A stretch of 64,000 nt of DNA from Minisyncoccota bacterium (GTDB lineage Bacteria > Patescibacteriota > Minisyncoccia > Phycocordibacterales > UBA9973). The notes below the pieces were generated by a model. That model ran no database searches and was not told the origin of the DNA. It worked only from the letters and a program-made list of their open reading frames with translations. Below are positions 51,479 through 60,674 of the stretch, piece after piece. The stretch spans positions 81,973-145,972 of the forward strand of contig JBAZSZ010000001.1 of assembly GCA_041662205.1 (NCBI GenBank), written 5' to 3'. The first letter of the stretch is position 1, and every line of letters begins with the position of its first letter. The position numbers and the translations under genes are program-made.

Positions 51479-53308
51479 ATGGATTTAAAACACATTCGAA
51501 ATTTTAGTATCATCGCTCACATTGACCACGGCAAAAGTACTTTGGCTGATAGAATGTTGGAGATCACACATACGATAGAAACACGTAAAATGCGGGATCA
51601 GGTTTTAGATTCTATGGATCTTGAGCGTGAAAGAGGAATTACTATCAAAATGCAACCAGTTCGCATGGAGTATGAGCTGGAAGGTCAAAAATACATTTTA
51701 AACCTTATCGACACTCCAGGCCACATTGATTTTTCCTATGAAGTATCCCGAGCCTTGAAGGCTGTGGAGGGATCAATCTTGCTCGTCGACTCGACTCAAG
51801 GAGTACAAGCGCAAACACTCACCACGCTCGCTATGGCTCGCGACAGCGGACTCAAGCTTATCCCTGTACTTTCTAAAATTGATTCACCACTATCTAGAGT
51901 TTCCGAGGTGAAAGAGGAAGTAGTGGAGCTTTTGAATTGTGACCCAGATGAGATTTTATTAGTTTCCGGACGCACTGGTGCAGGAGTACCCGAGCTTTTA
52001 CAAGAAGTTATCAAGCGAATCCCAGAACCAAAAGAAACTATTCTGTTTGGACATCCGGACTCTGGACGCGGGGCATCTGAAATAGTTCGTGCATTAGTTT
52101 TTGATTTTAAATATTCAAATCATCGAGGGGTGATAGTTTTTGTGCGAATTTTTGATGGAAAAGTTGCAAAGGGTGACAGCCTAATGTTTGCAGTTTCCGG
52201 TGAGAAATTTACTGCTCTTGAAGTTGGAACTTTTTCTCCAGAGGAAACCTCTCGTGATTTTCTTTCTTCTGGAGATACGGGTTATATTGTTACTGGTATA
52301 AAGAAGCCCGGCATAGCCTCCGTTGGGGATACTATTACTATGTCTAAAAATCCTCTGTTGGCCTTCGAGGGCTATATGCAACCCTTACCTGTAGTGTGGG
52401 CGAGCGTTTTTCCAGAAGATGCAGATGATTTTGCGGAATTAAAACTTGCTTTAGGGAAATTAAAACTTTCTGATTCAGCATTTTCATATGAAGAAGAATC
52501 TTCTGGCTCTTTAGGCCGTGGATTTAGATGTGGTTTTTTAGGGATGCTCCATTTGGAAATAATTACTGAAAGACTCAAAAGAGAATTTAATTTAGAACTT
52601 GTCGTTACAACCCCATCTATTACTTATGAAGTAACTAATAAGCAAGGTAAAAAAGAAAAAATATATTCTCCTTATTTTTTTCCAGATGATGGAAATATTG
52701 AAGATGTGCAAGAGCCTTGGGTGGATATAAAAATAATTAGTCCTTCTCCATACATTGGAGCCATTATGCAACTTTTATTTGAGCACGAAGCAGAGGTAGG
52801 GGAGACGGATAATTTTGGAGATAATAGGTCGTCAATCAGTGTTAAAATGCCTTTGCGTGAACTGATGCGTAATTTTTTTGATGAATTGAAAAGTGCTTCC
52901 TCAGGTTATGCTTCAATTTCTTATAAATTAAATGAAAACAGGAGAGCTGATGTGACTAGATTAGATATTTTAGTAGCAGATGAAATAGTTCCGGCCTTTT
53001 CTAGGGTTGTTTCTAAAAAGAGGGCTGAGATTGAGGCGGAAAATGCAGTTTTGAAATTAGAAGAGTTGCTACCAAGACAGATGTTCACTTTGAAAATTCA
53101 AGGTAAGGCATTAGGGCGCATTATTTCTTCTCGCACACTTTCTGGTATGAAAAAAGATGTAACTCAACATATGTATGGAGGAGATATCACTCGAAAAATG
53201 AAACTTCGAGAAAAACAAAAGAAAGGTAAAAAGAAAATGAAGGAAAGAGGACGAGTAAATATTCCTCAGGATGTATTTTTGAAGATGATGCGATCCGGAG
53301 AAAAATAA
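51479..53308 (+). CDS. lepA: Translation elongation factor 4
   Basis: IRNFSIIAHIDHGKSTLADR is present. The length is 609 aa. Confidence 0.9.
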   Translation: MDLKHIRNFSIIAHIDHGKSTLADRMLEITHTIETRKMRDQVLDSMDLERERGITIKMQPVRMEYELEGQKYILNLIDTPGHIDFSYEVSRALKAVEGSILLVDSTQGVQAQTLTTLAMARDSGLKLIPVLSKIDSPLSRVSEVKEEVVELLNCDPDEILLVSGRTGAGVPELLQEVIKRIPEPKETILFGHPDSGRGASEIVRALVFDFKYSNHRGVIVFVRIFDGKVAKGDSLMFAVSGEKFTALEVGTFSPEETSRDFLSSGDTGYIVTGIKKPGIASVGDTITMSKNPLLAFEGYMQPLPVVWASVFPEDADDFAELKLALGKLKLSDSAFSYEEESSGSLGRGFRCGFLGMLHLEIITERLKREFNLELVVTTPSITYEVTNKQGKKEKIYSPYFFPDDGNIEDVQEPWVDIKIISPSPYIGAIMQLLFEHEAEVGETDNFGDNRSSISVKMPLRELMRNFFDELKSASSGYASISYKLNENRRADVTRLDILVADEIVPAFSRVVSKKRAEIEAENAVLKLEELLPRQMFTLKIQGKALGRIISSRTLSGMKKDVTQHMYGGDITRKMKLREKQKKGKKKMKERGRVNIPQDVFLKMMRSGEK

Positions 53309-53309
53309 A

Positions 53310-53355
53310 CCCCCACCCCAGGGATAGGGGAATTCCCCTATCCCTGGGGTGGGGG
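53310..53355. repeat. 46-bp GC-rich perfect palindrome: cccccaccccagggataggggaa|ttcccctatccctggggtggggg
   Basis: It lies immediately after the lepA stop. Eighteen of 23 positions per arm match the element at 38670, with matching changes in the opposite arm. Confidence 0.85.
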
Positions 53356-53489
53356 GAAGAATTTATCTAAAAATTGGCGAGTAGAGCAATATCATACTGA
53401 TTATAATGAGGATGCTCACGACTGCCCAAGCTATTTGTATTTTCTTTTGATGTTTTTTGTTGAAAAGCATATACTGAATATATCATATT

Positions 53490-53864
53490 ATGAGAAATTT
53501 TCAAGAAAAAAGAGGTTGGAGAAATATAGTCCAATCAAAACCGTTTTTGATACTTTTTGGTATTGTGATACTATTTTTTTCTTGGAATGTTTTTACTTTT
53601 TGGAATAAAATGCAAGAAACGGTAAAAAATAAAAAAATAGTTGAAGATAAAATTGCTTTATTAGAAAAACAAAAAGGAGAAATATCTTCTGAAATAAATA
53701 GTTTAAATACAATAGAAGGTAAAGAGAAGTTTTTTCGTGAAAATTTAGGTTTAGTAAAGGAAGGAGAAGGTGTGACCGTAGTAGTTGAAGATAAAAACCC
53801 ACCCATTACTTCAAAACCAATATCTTCAGGATTTTGGTCCTTTTTTACAAATTTGTTTAAATAA
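53490..53864 (+). CDS. FtsB/DivIC-like septum formation initiator
   Basis: A single N-terminal TM segment and a coiled coil are present. EKFFRENLGLVKEGEGVTVV is also present. Confidence 0.5.
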   Translation: MRNFQEKRGWRNIVQSKPFLILFGIVILFFSWNVFTFWNKMQETVKNKKIVEDKIALLEKQKGEISSEINSLNTIEGKEKFFRENLGLVKEGEGVTVVVEDKNPPITSKPISSGFWSFFTNLFK

Positions 53865-53885
53865 TATTCATGATATAATAAAGTT

Positions 53886-54893
53886 ATGAAAATAATATTT
53901 TTTGAAGTACCGAAGATAGATCAGGCTTTTTTTTCTCAATCTTTTAGTGGGATGGAGGTTTCTTTTTTTGAAGAAAAATTAAATGAAAATAGTATTGAAA
54001 AAGCAAAAGAGGCGGATATTATCTCTGTTTTTGTTGCTTCTACTGTAAATAAAAATGTCATAGATGCAATACCAAATTTAAAGTTTATTGCTACTCGTTC
54101 GACAGGATTTGACCACATAGATTGTGCCTATGCGGAAACTAAAGGAATAAAGGTTTCTAATGTGTCTGCTTACGGTTCTCACACTGTGGCAGAGTTTGCT
54201 TTCACTTTAATGCTAGGTCTTTCGAGAAATATTATAAAAGCAAATAACTACATCACAGAATCTTTAGATTTTAATTATTTTCCATATATGGAAGGTTTTG
54301 ATTTAAATGAAAAGACGCTTGGTATAATCGGTACAGGAAAGATAGGAAAAAATGTAGCAAAAATCGCCAAAGGTTTTAATATGAATGTCGTTGCTTATGA
54401 CGTATATCCAGACTTAGCTTTTGCTAAAGAAAATAATTTTACTTATAAAAGTTTAAGAGAAGTCGTCTCTCTCTCTGATATCATAACCTTACACACTCCT
54501 TATAGTAAAGGTGCTGGTTATTTAATAAATAAAGAAAATATTTCTTTGATGAAAAAAGGAGTGTTTTTAATCAATACAGCTCGTGGGGAACTCGTAGATA
54601 CTGAGGCACTTGTCTCTGGTTTAAAAGAGGGAATCATTGCTGGTTTTGGGGCAGATGTATTAGAAGACGAGAAGCCGATGAAAGAAGGGTTAGGTTTTTT
54701 GACAAGTGGCAAAGCAACAGAGGAAGAAAAAAAGATAATTAATTTTAATCATGAATTGATGAAAATGCCTAATGTAATTATCACTCCTCATGTTGCTTTT
54801 TATACTCGTGAAGCTGTGGCTTCAATAAAACAAACGACCATAGATAATATCAAAAGTTTTTTGGCAGGGAGTCCAATAAATTTGGTAAAATAA
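53886..54893 (+). CDS. D-isomer-specific 2-hydroxyacid dehydrogenase (glycerate/lactate/phosphoglycerate DH family)
   Basis: GIIGTGKIGKNVAKIA is an NAD-binding motif. A catalytic His lies near the C-terminus. Confidence 0.8.
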   Translation: MKIIFFEVPKIDQAFFSQSFSGMEVSFFEEKLNENSIEKAKEADIISVFVASTVNKNVIDAIPNLKFIATRSTGFDHIDCAYAETKGIKVSNVSAYGSHTVAEFAFTLMLGLSRNIIKANNYITESLDFNYFPYMEGFDLNEKTLGIIGTGKIGKNVAKIAKGFNMNVVAYDVYPDLAFAKENNFTYKSLREVVSLSDIITLHTPYSKGAGYLINKENISLMKKGVFLINTARGELVDTEALVSGLKEGIIAGFGADVLEDEKPMKEGLGFLTSGKATEEEKKIINFNHELMKMPNVIITPHVAFYTREAVASIKQTTIDNIKSFLAGSPINLVK

Positions 54894-54898
54894 ACCCT

Positions 54899-56248
54899 AT
54901 GACTAATCATTGGATTAAAAATTTTGATCAGTTAGCAATGACTGAAAATAGGAAAAATGCGCTAGAGATAATGGAAGCTGGTCTTGATGCTATCAATACA
55001 AGGAAAGTGATAAAAAACAAAATAAAACTTGAAAATAATATTTTAACTGTAAATGGTGAGAATTTTGATTTAAATAAATTCAAAAATATAAAAATTGTTG
55101 GTTTCGGTAAATCCTCTTGCGATGGGGCTCTGGCATTAGAAGAAATTTTAGGATCTAGGATAAAAGAAGGAGCAGTTATAGGGCTTTGCAAAGTGAACAC
55201 TCTGCATATCGAGACTTTTGTGGGGACACATCCTAGGCCGAGTGAGGTAAATGTTTCTGCTGGAAAAAAAATATATGAAATAATAAAAGATTCGAATGTT
55301 GATGATTTGATCATTGTCCTTGTTTCTGGCGGCGGTTCAGCTCTTCTTTGTTATCCTGAGAGTGAATATACAGAAGGGGCAAAGCTTTATGATTCATTTT
55401 TAGAATGCGGGAAAACAATAAAAGAGATGAACACAATCAGAAAGCATTTATCTCTTTTAAAGGGTGGTGGTTTAGCAAAGTTAGCTTATCCTGCGACAGT
55501 TATCGGTCTTATCTTTTCTGATGTTCCTGGGGATGATTTTAGTGATGTGGCTTCGGGGGCAACCTATAAAGATGAAACTACCATAGAGGATGTAAAAAAA
55601 ATTATTAACGAAAATAATTTAGGAGAATTTATTTTAATTGAAACTCCAAAAGAAGATAAATATTTTGAGAAAGTTCATAATTTTGTTTTAGTTTCAAATA
55701 AAACTGCCGTGGAAGCCATGGCTAAAGCTGCGCAAGAATTTAATTTTAAAACTAATATTATTTCAACTAATTTGTATGATGAAGATGAAAAAGCGATAAA
55801 AAAAATATTTTCCAATCAAGACAAAACCAATGAAGGGTTTTCTCAGGTCCTCGGTTTTCAGGGTCCCTATCCCGGCCAGACCATTCAAAAACCCTTCATT
55901 GGTTTTGTCCAACTTGCTGCTGGCGAGCCGAGTATCAAAATTTCTTCTTGTGGAGGCAAAGGAGGCAGGAATCTACATATGGGATTGGAAGTTATTAAAA
56001 TGAAAACGGTGAACGATGACTCTGTTTTTATCTCTTTTGCGAGTGATGGTATGGACAATAGCGATGTCGCTGGAGCCATAGTGGATGTAGAAACCATTAA
56101 AAAAGCTGAAAAGCTAGGTTTAAATGTTGATGATTATTTAAAAAGGTTTGATTCTTATGATTTTTTCCAAAAAACTGGTGATATGATTATTACTGGTCCG
56201 ACAGGGGCGAATGTTTCTGATTTAATGATTTTGTTAAATAAAAAATGA
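54899..56248 (+). CDS. Glycerate 2-kinase (MOFRL family)
   Basis: DDLIIVLVSGGGSALL is present, with a C-terminal MOFRL-like region. Confidence 0.7.
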   Translation: MTNHWIKNFDQLAMTENRKNALEIMEAGLDAINTRKVIKNKIKLENNILTVNGENFDLNKFKNIKIVGFGKSSCDGALALEEILGSRIKEGAVIGLCKVNTLHIETFVGTHPRPSEVNVSAGKKIYEIIKDSNVDDLIIVLVSGGGSALLCYPESEYTEGAKLYDSFLECGKTIKEMNTIRKHLSLLKGGGLAKLAYPATVIGLIFSDVPGDDFSDVASGATYKDETTIEDVKKIINENNLGEFILIETPKEDKYFEKVHNFVLVSNKTAVEAMAKAAQEFNFKTNIISTNLYDEDEKAIKKIFSNQDKTNEGFSQVLGFQGPYPGQTIQKPFIGFVQLAAGEPSIKISSCGGKGGRNLHMGLEVIKMKTVNDDSVFISFASDGMDNSDVAGAIVDVETIKKAEKLGLNVDDYLKRFDSYDFFQKTGDMIITGPTGANVSDLMILLNKK

Positions 56249-56249
56249 A

Positions 56250-57491
56250 ATGGAAAATAAAATTACAAAAATAATAGCTGAAGAAATAAAAGATTCGAGA
56301 GGGAATCCGACTTTGAAGGTTAAGGTATTTGTAGGCAATACGGAAGATGATTTTTCTGACCCATCTGGAGCTTCGACAGGCATTCATGAAGCTCATGAAT
56401 TACGTGATTTAGATGGTAAGGGTGTACAGAATGCTTTAGAGCAAGTAAATAATGTAATCGCTCCAGCTTTGGTTGGTCAAGATGTTTCAAATCAAAAAGA
56501 AATAGACAGAATCATGATTGAATTAGATGGTACACCTAATAAAGACAAATTAGGCGGAAACTCAATGATTGGAGTTTCTATTGCTTGTGCTAAGGTTGCA
56601 GCGAAAGTTTCTGGTTTAGAAACTTTTGAATATTTGAGAACCCTTAGACTGAGCTTGGGGCAGGCACAAGCAGAAATAAAACCTTCCCGCAAAACGCCGT
56701 ATTTGTATATGAATTTAATTAATGGTGGGAAACACGCAAAAAATAATTTAGCCTTCCAAGAATATCATATTGTACCTAATACAGAAAATATAAAAGAGGC
56801 TATAGAAATCGGAAAAAACATAGACAATACGTTAAAGGAAATAATCTTGAAAGATTTAGGGGAAGGATCTTTGGTCATGGGTGACGAGGGAGGTTTCGCC
56901 CCGCAAATTTCAGATATTAGAAAACCACTTTTTTATTTAAGAGAGGCGATCAAACAAAATAATTTAGAAGAAAAAGTAAGACTGGCTTTAGATGTGGCTT
57001 CTTCTTCTTTTTACAAAAATAATTTTTATAAAATTGATGGTAAGGATGTATTAAAAGAAGAATTATTGGATATTTATATTTCTCTTTTTAAAGAATTTAA
57101 TTTACTTTCGATTGAAGATCCATTCAATGAAGAAGATTTTGAAAGTTTCGCAAAATTAAAAGAACAAAATGATGATCTTTATGTAGTGGGGGATGATTTA
57201 ACTGTGACAAATGTTTTACTTCTTAAAAAAGCGATAGAGCATAAAAGCATTAATGCTATGATTATTAAGCCGAATCAGATCGGAACACTTTCAGAGACAT
57301 TAGAAACCATGAAATTAGCTCGAGAACATGATGTAGAATTGATTATTAGTCACCGAAGCGGGGAAACAAATGATGACTTTATTGCAGATTTGGCTTTTGC
57401 TTTTCATTGTTTTGGTTTAAAATCTGGCGCTCCCACAAAAATAGAAAGAATGGTAAAATATGAGAGATTAATAAAGATTATAAATTATTAG
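56250..57491 (+). CDS. eno: Enolase
   Basis: IISHRSGETNDDFIADLA and the IKPNQIGT-type motif are present. Confidence 0.9.
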   Translation: MENKITKIIAEEIKDSRGNPTLKVKVFVGNTEDDFSDPSGASTGIHEAHELRDLDGKGVQNALEQVNNVIAPALVGQDVSNQKEIDRIMIELDGTPNKDKLGGNSMIGVSIACAKVAAKVSGLETFEYLRTLRLSLGQAQAEIKPSRKTPYLYMNLINGGKHAKNNLAFQEYHIVPNTENIKEAIEIGKNIDNTLKEIILKDLGEGSLVMGDEGGFAPQISDIRKPLFYLREAIKQNNLEEKVRLALDVASSSFYKNNFYKIDGKDVLKEELLDIYISLFKEFNLLSIEDPFNEEDFESFAKLKEQNDDLYVVGDDLTVTNVLLLKKAIEHKSINAMIIKPNQIGTLSETLETMKLAREHDVELIISHRSGETNDDFIADLAFAFHCFGLKSGAPTKIERMVKYERLIKIINY

Positions 57492-57510
57492 TAGTAAATA
57501 AGAATTATTT

Positions 57511-59931
57511 ATGGCAGAAGTTAAAAAAGAAGTTTTTATAAAGTGGTTTAATGAGGTAGGAATTGATGATATCGGAAGTGTCGGTGGTAAAAATGCTGCT
57601 CTGGGAGAAATGTATTCTAATCTTGTGCCACTTGGCATAAATATACCGGATGGTTTTGCACTGACAGCAGACGCTTATCGTCATTTTTTCAAGGATACAG
57701 GACTAGATGAAAAAATAAAGGAAATTCTTTCTGATTTGAACACAAAAGATATTCGCAACCTTCAAGTTCGGGGTAAAAAAGTTCGTGAAGTTATTTTGAA
57801 AGCAAATTTACCACAGGACTTGCAAGATGCAATTGCTAAGTCATATAAGGAGATGGGAGAAAAATATGGGAAAAATAATGATGTGGCAGTTCGTTCTTCT
57901 GCTACAGCCGAGGACCTTCCTGGTGCTTCTTTTGCTGGTCAGCAGGAGACGTATTTAAACGTACACGGTATTGAAAATATTCTTATTTCAACAAAAAAGT
58001 GTATTGCTTCGCTTTTTACTGATCGAGCTATTTCTTACAGAGCGGATAAAGGATTTTCACATTTTGATGCTGCTCTTTCTGTAGGTATTCAGTGTATGGT
58101 TCGTTCTGACCTTTCTTCCTCGGGAGTAGCTTTTACCATAGATACCGAAACAGGTTTTGATAAAGTAGTAGTAATAAATGGTATTTACGGTCTTGGTGAA
58201 TTTATCGTGCAAGGAAAAGTTATCCCAGATGAATTTATAATTTTTAAACCCAGTTTAGAAAATAATTGTAAAAATCCTATTATTGGAAAAAATATTGGTA
58301 AGAAAAATATTAAACTTATTTATGCTAAAGACGGCACAAAACAGGAAAAAGTTTCAGCACAAGAAGAGCAGAAATTTTCTATTACAGACGAAGAGGCTGT
58401 AAAGCTTGCAAAATGGTGTTTTCAAATAGAAAAATATTTTTCCAAAAAACATAGTCATTATCAGCCGATGGATATCGAATGGGCAAAGGATGGAAAAACT
58501 GGTGAACTTTTTATTGTGCAGGCACGCCCAGAGACGGTTGTGTCAGGACAAGATAGAAATGTATTAAAAGAATATCGATTAGAAAAAACTAGTAAAGTTT
58601 TAATTGAAGGAATTGCTGTAGGTTCAAAAATTGGAGCAGGAAGCGTTCGTGTTTTGAGTAGCGCAAAAAATATTAATTCTTTTAAAAAAGGAGAAGTGTT
58701 AGTAACCCAAATTACTGATCCGGATTGGGAGCCAATTATGAAAATCGCTAGTGCTATTGTTACAGATAAGGGTGGACGTACATCGCATGCTGCTATTGTT
58801 TCTCGTGAGCTCGGCATTCCTTGTATAGTGGGGTCAAATAATGCAACAAAGATATTAAAGAATGGGCAAGATGTGACTGTTGATTCTTCTTCTGGTCAAG
58901 TAGGAAAAGTTTACGATGGAATTCTTCCATTTAAAGTAAATGAACAGCGTTTAGATAATATGCCAAAGATAGAAACGAAAATCATGGTGAATATCGGTTC
59001 TCCTGATGAGGCATTCAAGAGTTGCCATTTACCAGCACAAGGGGTTGGGTTAGGTAGGCTTGAATTTATTATTGCTTCGCATGTTCGTATTCATCCAAAT
59101 GCATTAATCAATTATAAAAAATTAAAAACTGAAAAGAAGACCCCGTATATTGCAAAACTCATAAAAGAAATTGATAATTTAGCATATGCATACGAAGACA
59201 AAACACAATTTTATGTAGATGAACTTGCGCGAGGTATCGGGAAAATTGGTGCTACGTTTTTTCCTCATCCAGTCATTATTCGTTTTTCTGATTTTAAAAC
59301 GAATGAATACAGAACTCTCATAGGAGGAGAATTATATGAACCAGCAGAAGAGAATCCAATGCTTGGTTGGCGTGGAGCATCACGTTATTATGATCCAAAA
59401 TTTAAAGAAGCTTTTGGTCTTGAGTGTAAGGCAATGAAAATTGTTCGCGAAGACATGGGTCTTTCAAATGTTATTCCAATGATTCCATTTTGTCGAACAC
59501 CCGAAGAAGGGAAAAAGGTCATAGAAGTTATGAAAGAAAATAACTTAGATCGAGCAAAAGATAAAGAATTGAAAGTTTATGTAATGTGTGAAATTCCTTC
59601 AAATATTCTTTTAGCTGATGAATTTCTTGATATTTTTGATGGTATGTCGATTGGTTCTAATGATTTGACTCAGCTTACTCTTGGGCTCGATCGTGATTCT
59701 GGTATAGTTACTCATATTTCAAATGAAAATAGTCCGGCAGTTAAAAAGCTTGTAGCTCAAATTATTAAGAAATGTAAAGAAAGAGGGAAGTATATCGGTA
59801 TTTGTGGTCAAGCTCCGTCAGATTATCCAGATTTTGCTCAATTTTTAGTAGATGAAGGAATAGAAAGTATGTCACTTAATCCTGACACAATTATTAAAAT
59901 AATTATGGCGCTAGGAAAAGGAAATAAATAA
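57511..59931 (+). CDS. ppsA: Phosphoenolpyruvate synthase (pyruvate, water dikinase)
   Basis: GGRTSHAAIVSRELGIPCIVG is the phospho-His domain. The length is 806 aa. Confidence 0.85.
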   Translation: MAEVKKEVFIKWFNEVGIDDIGSVGGKNAALGEMYSNLVPLGINIPDGFALTADAYRHFFKDTGLDEKIKEILSDLNTKDIRNLQVRGKKVREVILKANLPQDLQDAIAKSYKEMGEKYGKNNDVAVRSSATAEDLPGASFAGQQETYLNVHGIENILISTKKCIASLFTDRAISYRADKGFSHFDAALSVGIQCMVRSDLSSSGVAFTIDTETGFDKVVVINGIYGLGEFIVQGKVIPDEFIIFKPSLENNCKNPIIGKNIGKKNIKLIYAKDGTKQEKVSAQEEQKFSITDEEAVKLAKWCFQIEKYFSKKHSHYQPMDIEWAKDGKTGELFIVQARPETVVSGQDRNVLKEYRLEKTSKVLIEGIAVGSKIGAGSVRVLSSAKNINSFKKGEVLVTQITDPDWEPIMKIASAIVTDKGGRTSHAAIVSRELGIPCIVGSNNATKILKNGQDVTVDSSSGQVGKVYDGILPFKVNEQRLDNMPKIETKIMVNIGSPDEAFKSCHLPAQGVGLGRLEFIIASHVRIHPNALINYKKLKTEKKTPYIAKLIKEIDNLAYAYEDKTQFYVDELARGIGKIGATFFPHPVIIRFSDFKTNEYRTLIGGELYEPAEENPMLGWRGASRYYDPKFKEAFGLECKAMKIVREDMGLSNVIPMIPFCRTPEEGKKVIEVMKENNLDRAKDKELKVYVMCEIPSNILLADEFLDIFDGMSIGSNDLTQLTLGLDRDSGIVTHISNENSPAVKKLVAQIIKKCKERGKYIGICGQAPSDYPDFAQFLVDEGIESMSLNPDTIIKIIMALGKGNK

Positions 59932-59934
59932 TCT

Positions 59935-60008
59935 TGGTGCGGGATGCGAGAATCGAACTCGCGTCTAATCCTTGGGAAGGACTCATTCTACCACTAAACC
60001 AATCCCGC
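59935..60008 (-). tRNA. tRNA-Gly (anticodon CCC), CCA encoded
   Basis: The minus strand reads GCGGGATTGGTTTAGTGGTAGAATGAGTCCTTCCCAAGGATTAGACGCGAGTTCGATTCTCGCATCCCGCACCA. Confidence 0.8.
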
Positions 60009-60046
60009 ATATTATGTTTTCAAAATATCTTAGTAGACTTAGAAAT

Positions 60047-60076
60047 ACTCATTTTACCACTAAACCAATCCCGCAT
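60047..60076. repeat. Direct repeat of the 5' portion (acceptor/D-arm) of tRNA-Gly, 29 of 30 nt identical to 59979-60008
   Basis: actcattttaccactaaaccaatcccgcat matches actcattctaccactaaaccaatcccgcat. Confidence 0.7.
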
Positions 60077-60155
60077 ATAAGAAAATATAGCTTTATTTTA
60101 GATGCTTGACAAGTGTGCTATAATTGAAATATTAGAAATTAATTATAAAAATATT

Positions 60156-60389
60156 ATGAAAAATGTAACAATTTATTCAACCGATACCTGTCATTTTTGC
60201 CACTTGGCAAAAGATTTCTTTACTGCAAATAGTGTAGTTTTTACTGAATACAATGTAGGAACTGATATAGAAAAAAGAAAAGAAATGATGGAAAAAAGCG
60301 GACAAATGGGTGTGCCGGTTATTATGATTGGTGATGAAATCATCGTAGGTTTTGATAAACCTAAAATCTCTCAATTATTAGGTCTCTAG
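60156..60389 (+). CDS. Glutaredoxin/NrdH-like thioredoxin-fold protein (CxxC)
   Basis: MKNVTIYSTDTCHFCHLAKDF...GQMGVPVIMIGDEIIVGFD is present. Confidence 0.6.
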   Translation: MKNVTIYSTDTCHFCHLAKDFFTANSVVFTEYNVGTDIEKRKEMMEKSGQMGVPVIMIGDEIIVGFDKPKISQLLGL

Positions 60390-60499
60390 TTTGTGTGGCT
60401 ACAAATAATTTCTCGCCGTCGCTCGAAATTTTCGCAGCCCACCCCTCGCAATTTTGTGTTCTCACAAAATATCGTTGCGGTCGGCACACTAACGTAAAA

Positions 60500-60527
60500 A
60501 CATGCAGCAGTGCATGTTTTATACTTG
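60500..60527 (-). terminator. Hairpin plus T-tract after tRNA-Arg on the minus strand
   Basis: The hairpin is aaaacatgca-gcag-tgcatgtttt. Confidence 0.5.
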
Positions 60528-60529
60528 TG

Positions 60530-60601
60530 TGCCCTCGGTACGAATCGAACGTGCATCTATTCCTTAGGACGGAACTGTTCTATCCATTGAACTACGAGGG
60601 C
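60530..60601 (-). tRNA. tRNA-Arg (anticodon CCT), atypical: G32, an A:C mismatch in the T-stem and no CCA
   Basis: The minus strand reads GCCCTCGTAGTTCAATGGATAGAACAGTTCCGTCCTAAGGAATAGATGCACGTTCGATTCGTACCGAGGGCA. The acceptor and D stems are perfect. Confidence 0.55.
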
Positions 60602-60674
60602 AGTGTTTATAATCTATCATATAAAGAGTTTTTTTGGAATTGGGTTTCAAAAATAGATGTGATATTATAGTATT

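Noticed and set aside
60395-60670. ORF 60395..60670 (+), 91 aa
   Set aside because: It overlaps the tRNA-Arg gene and its terminator hairpin, and its composition is noncoding-like.
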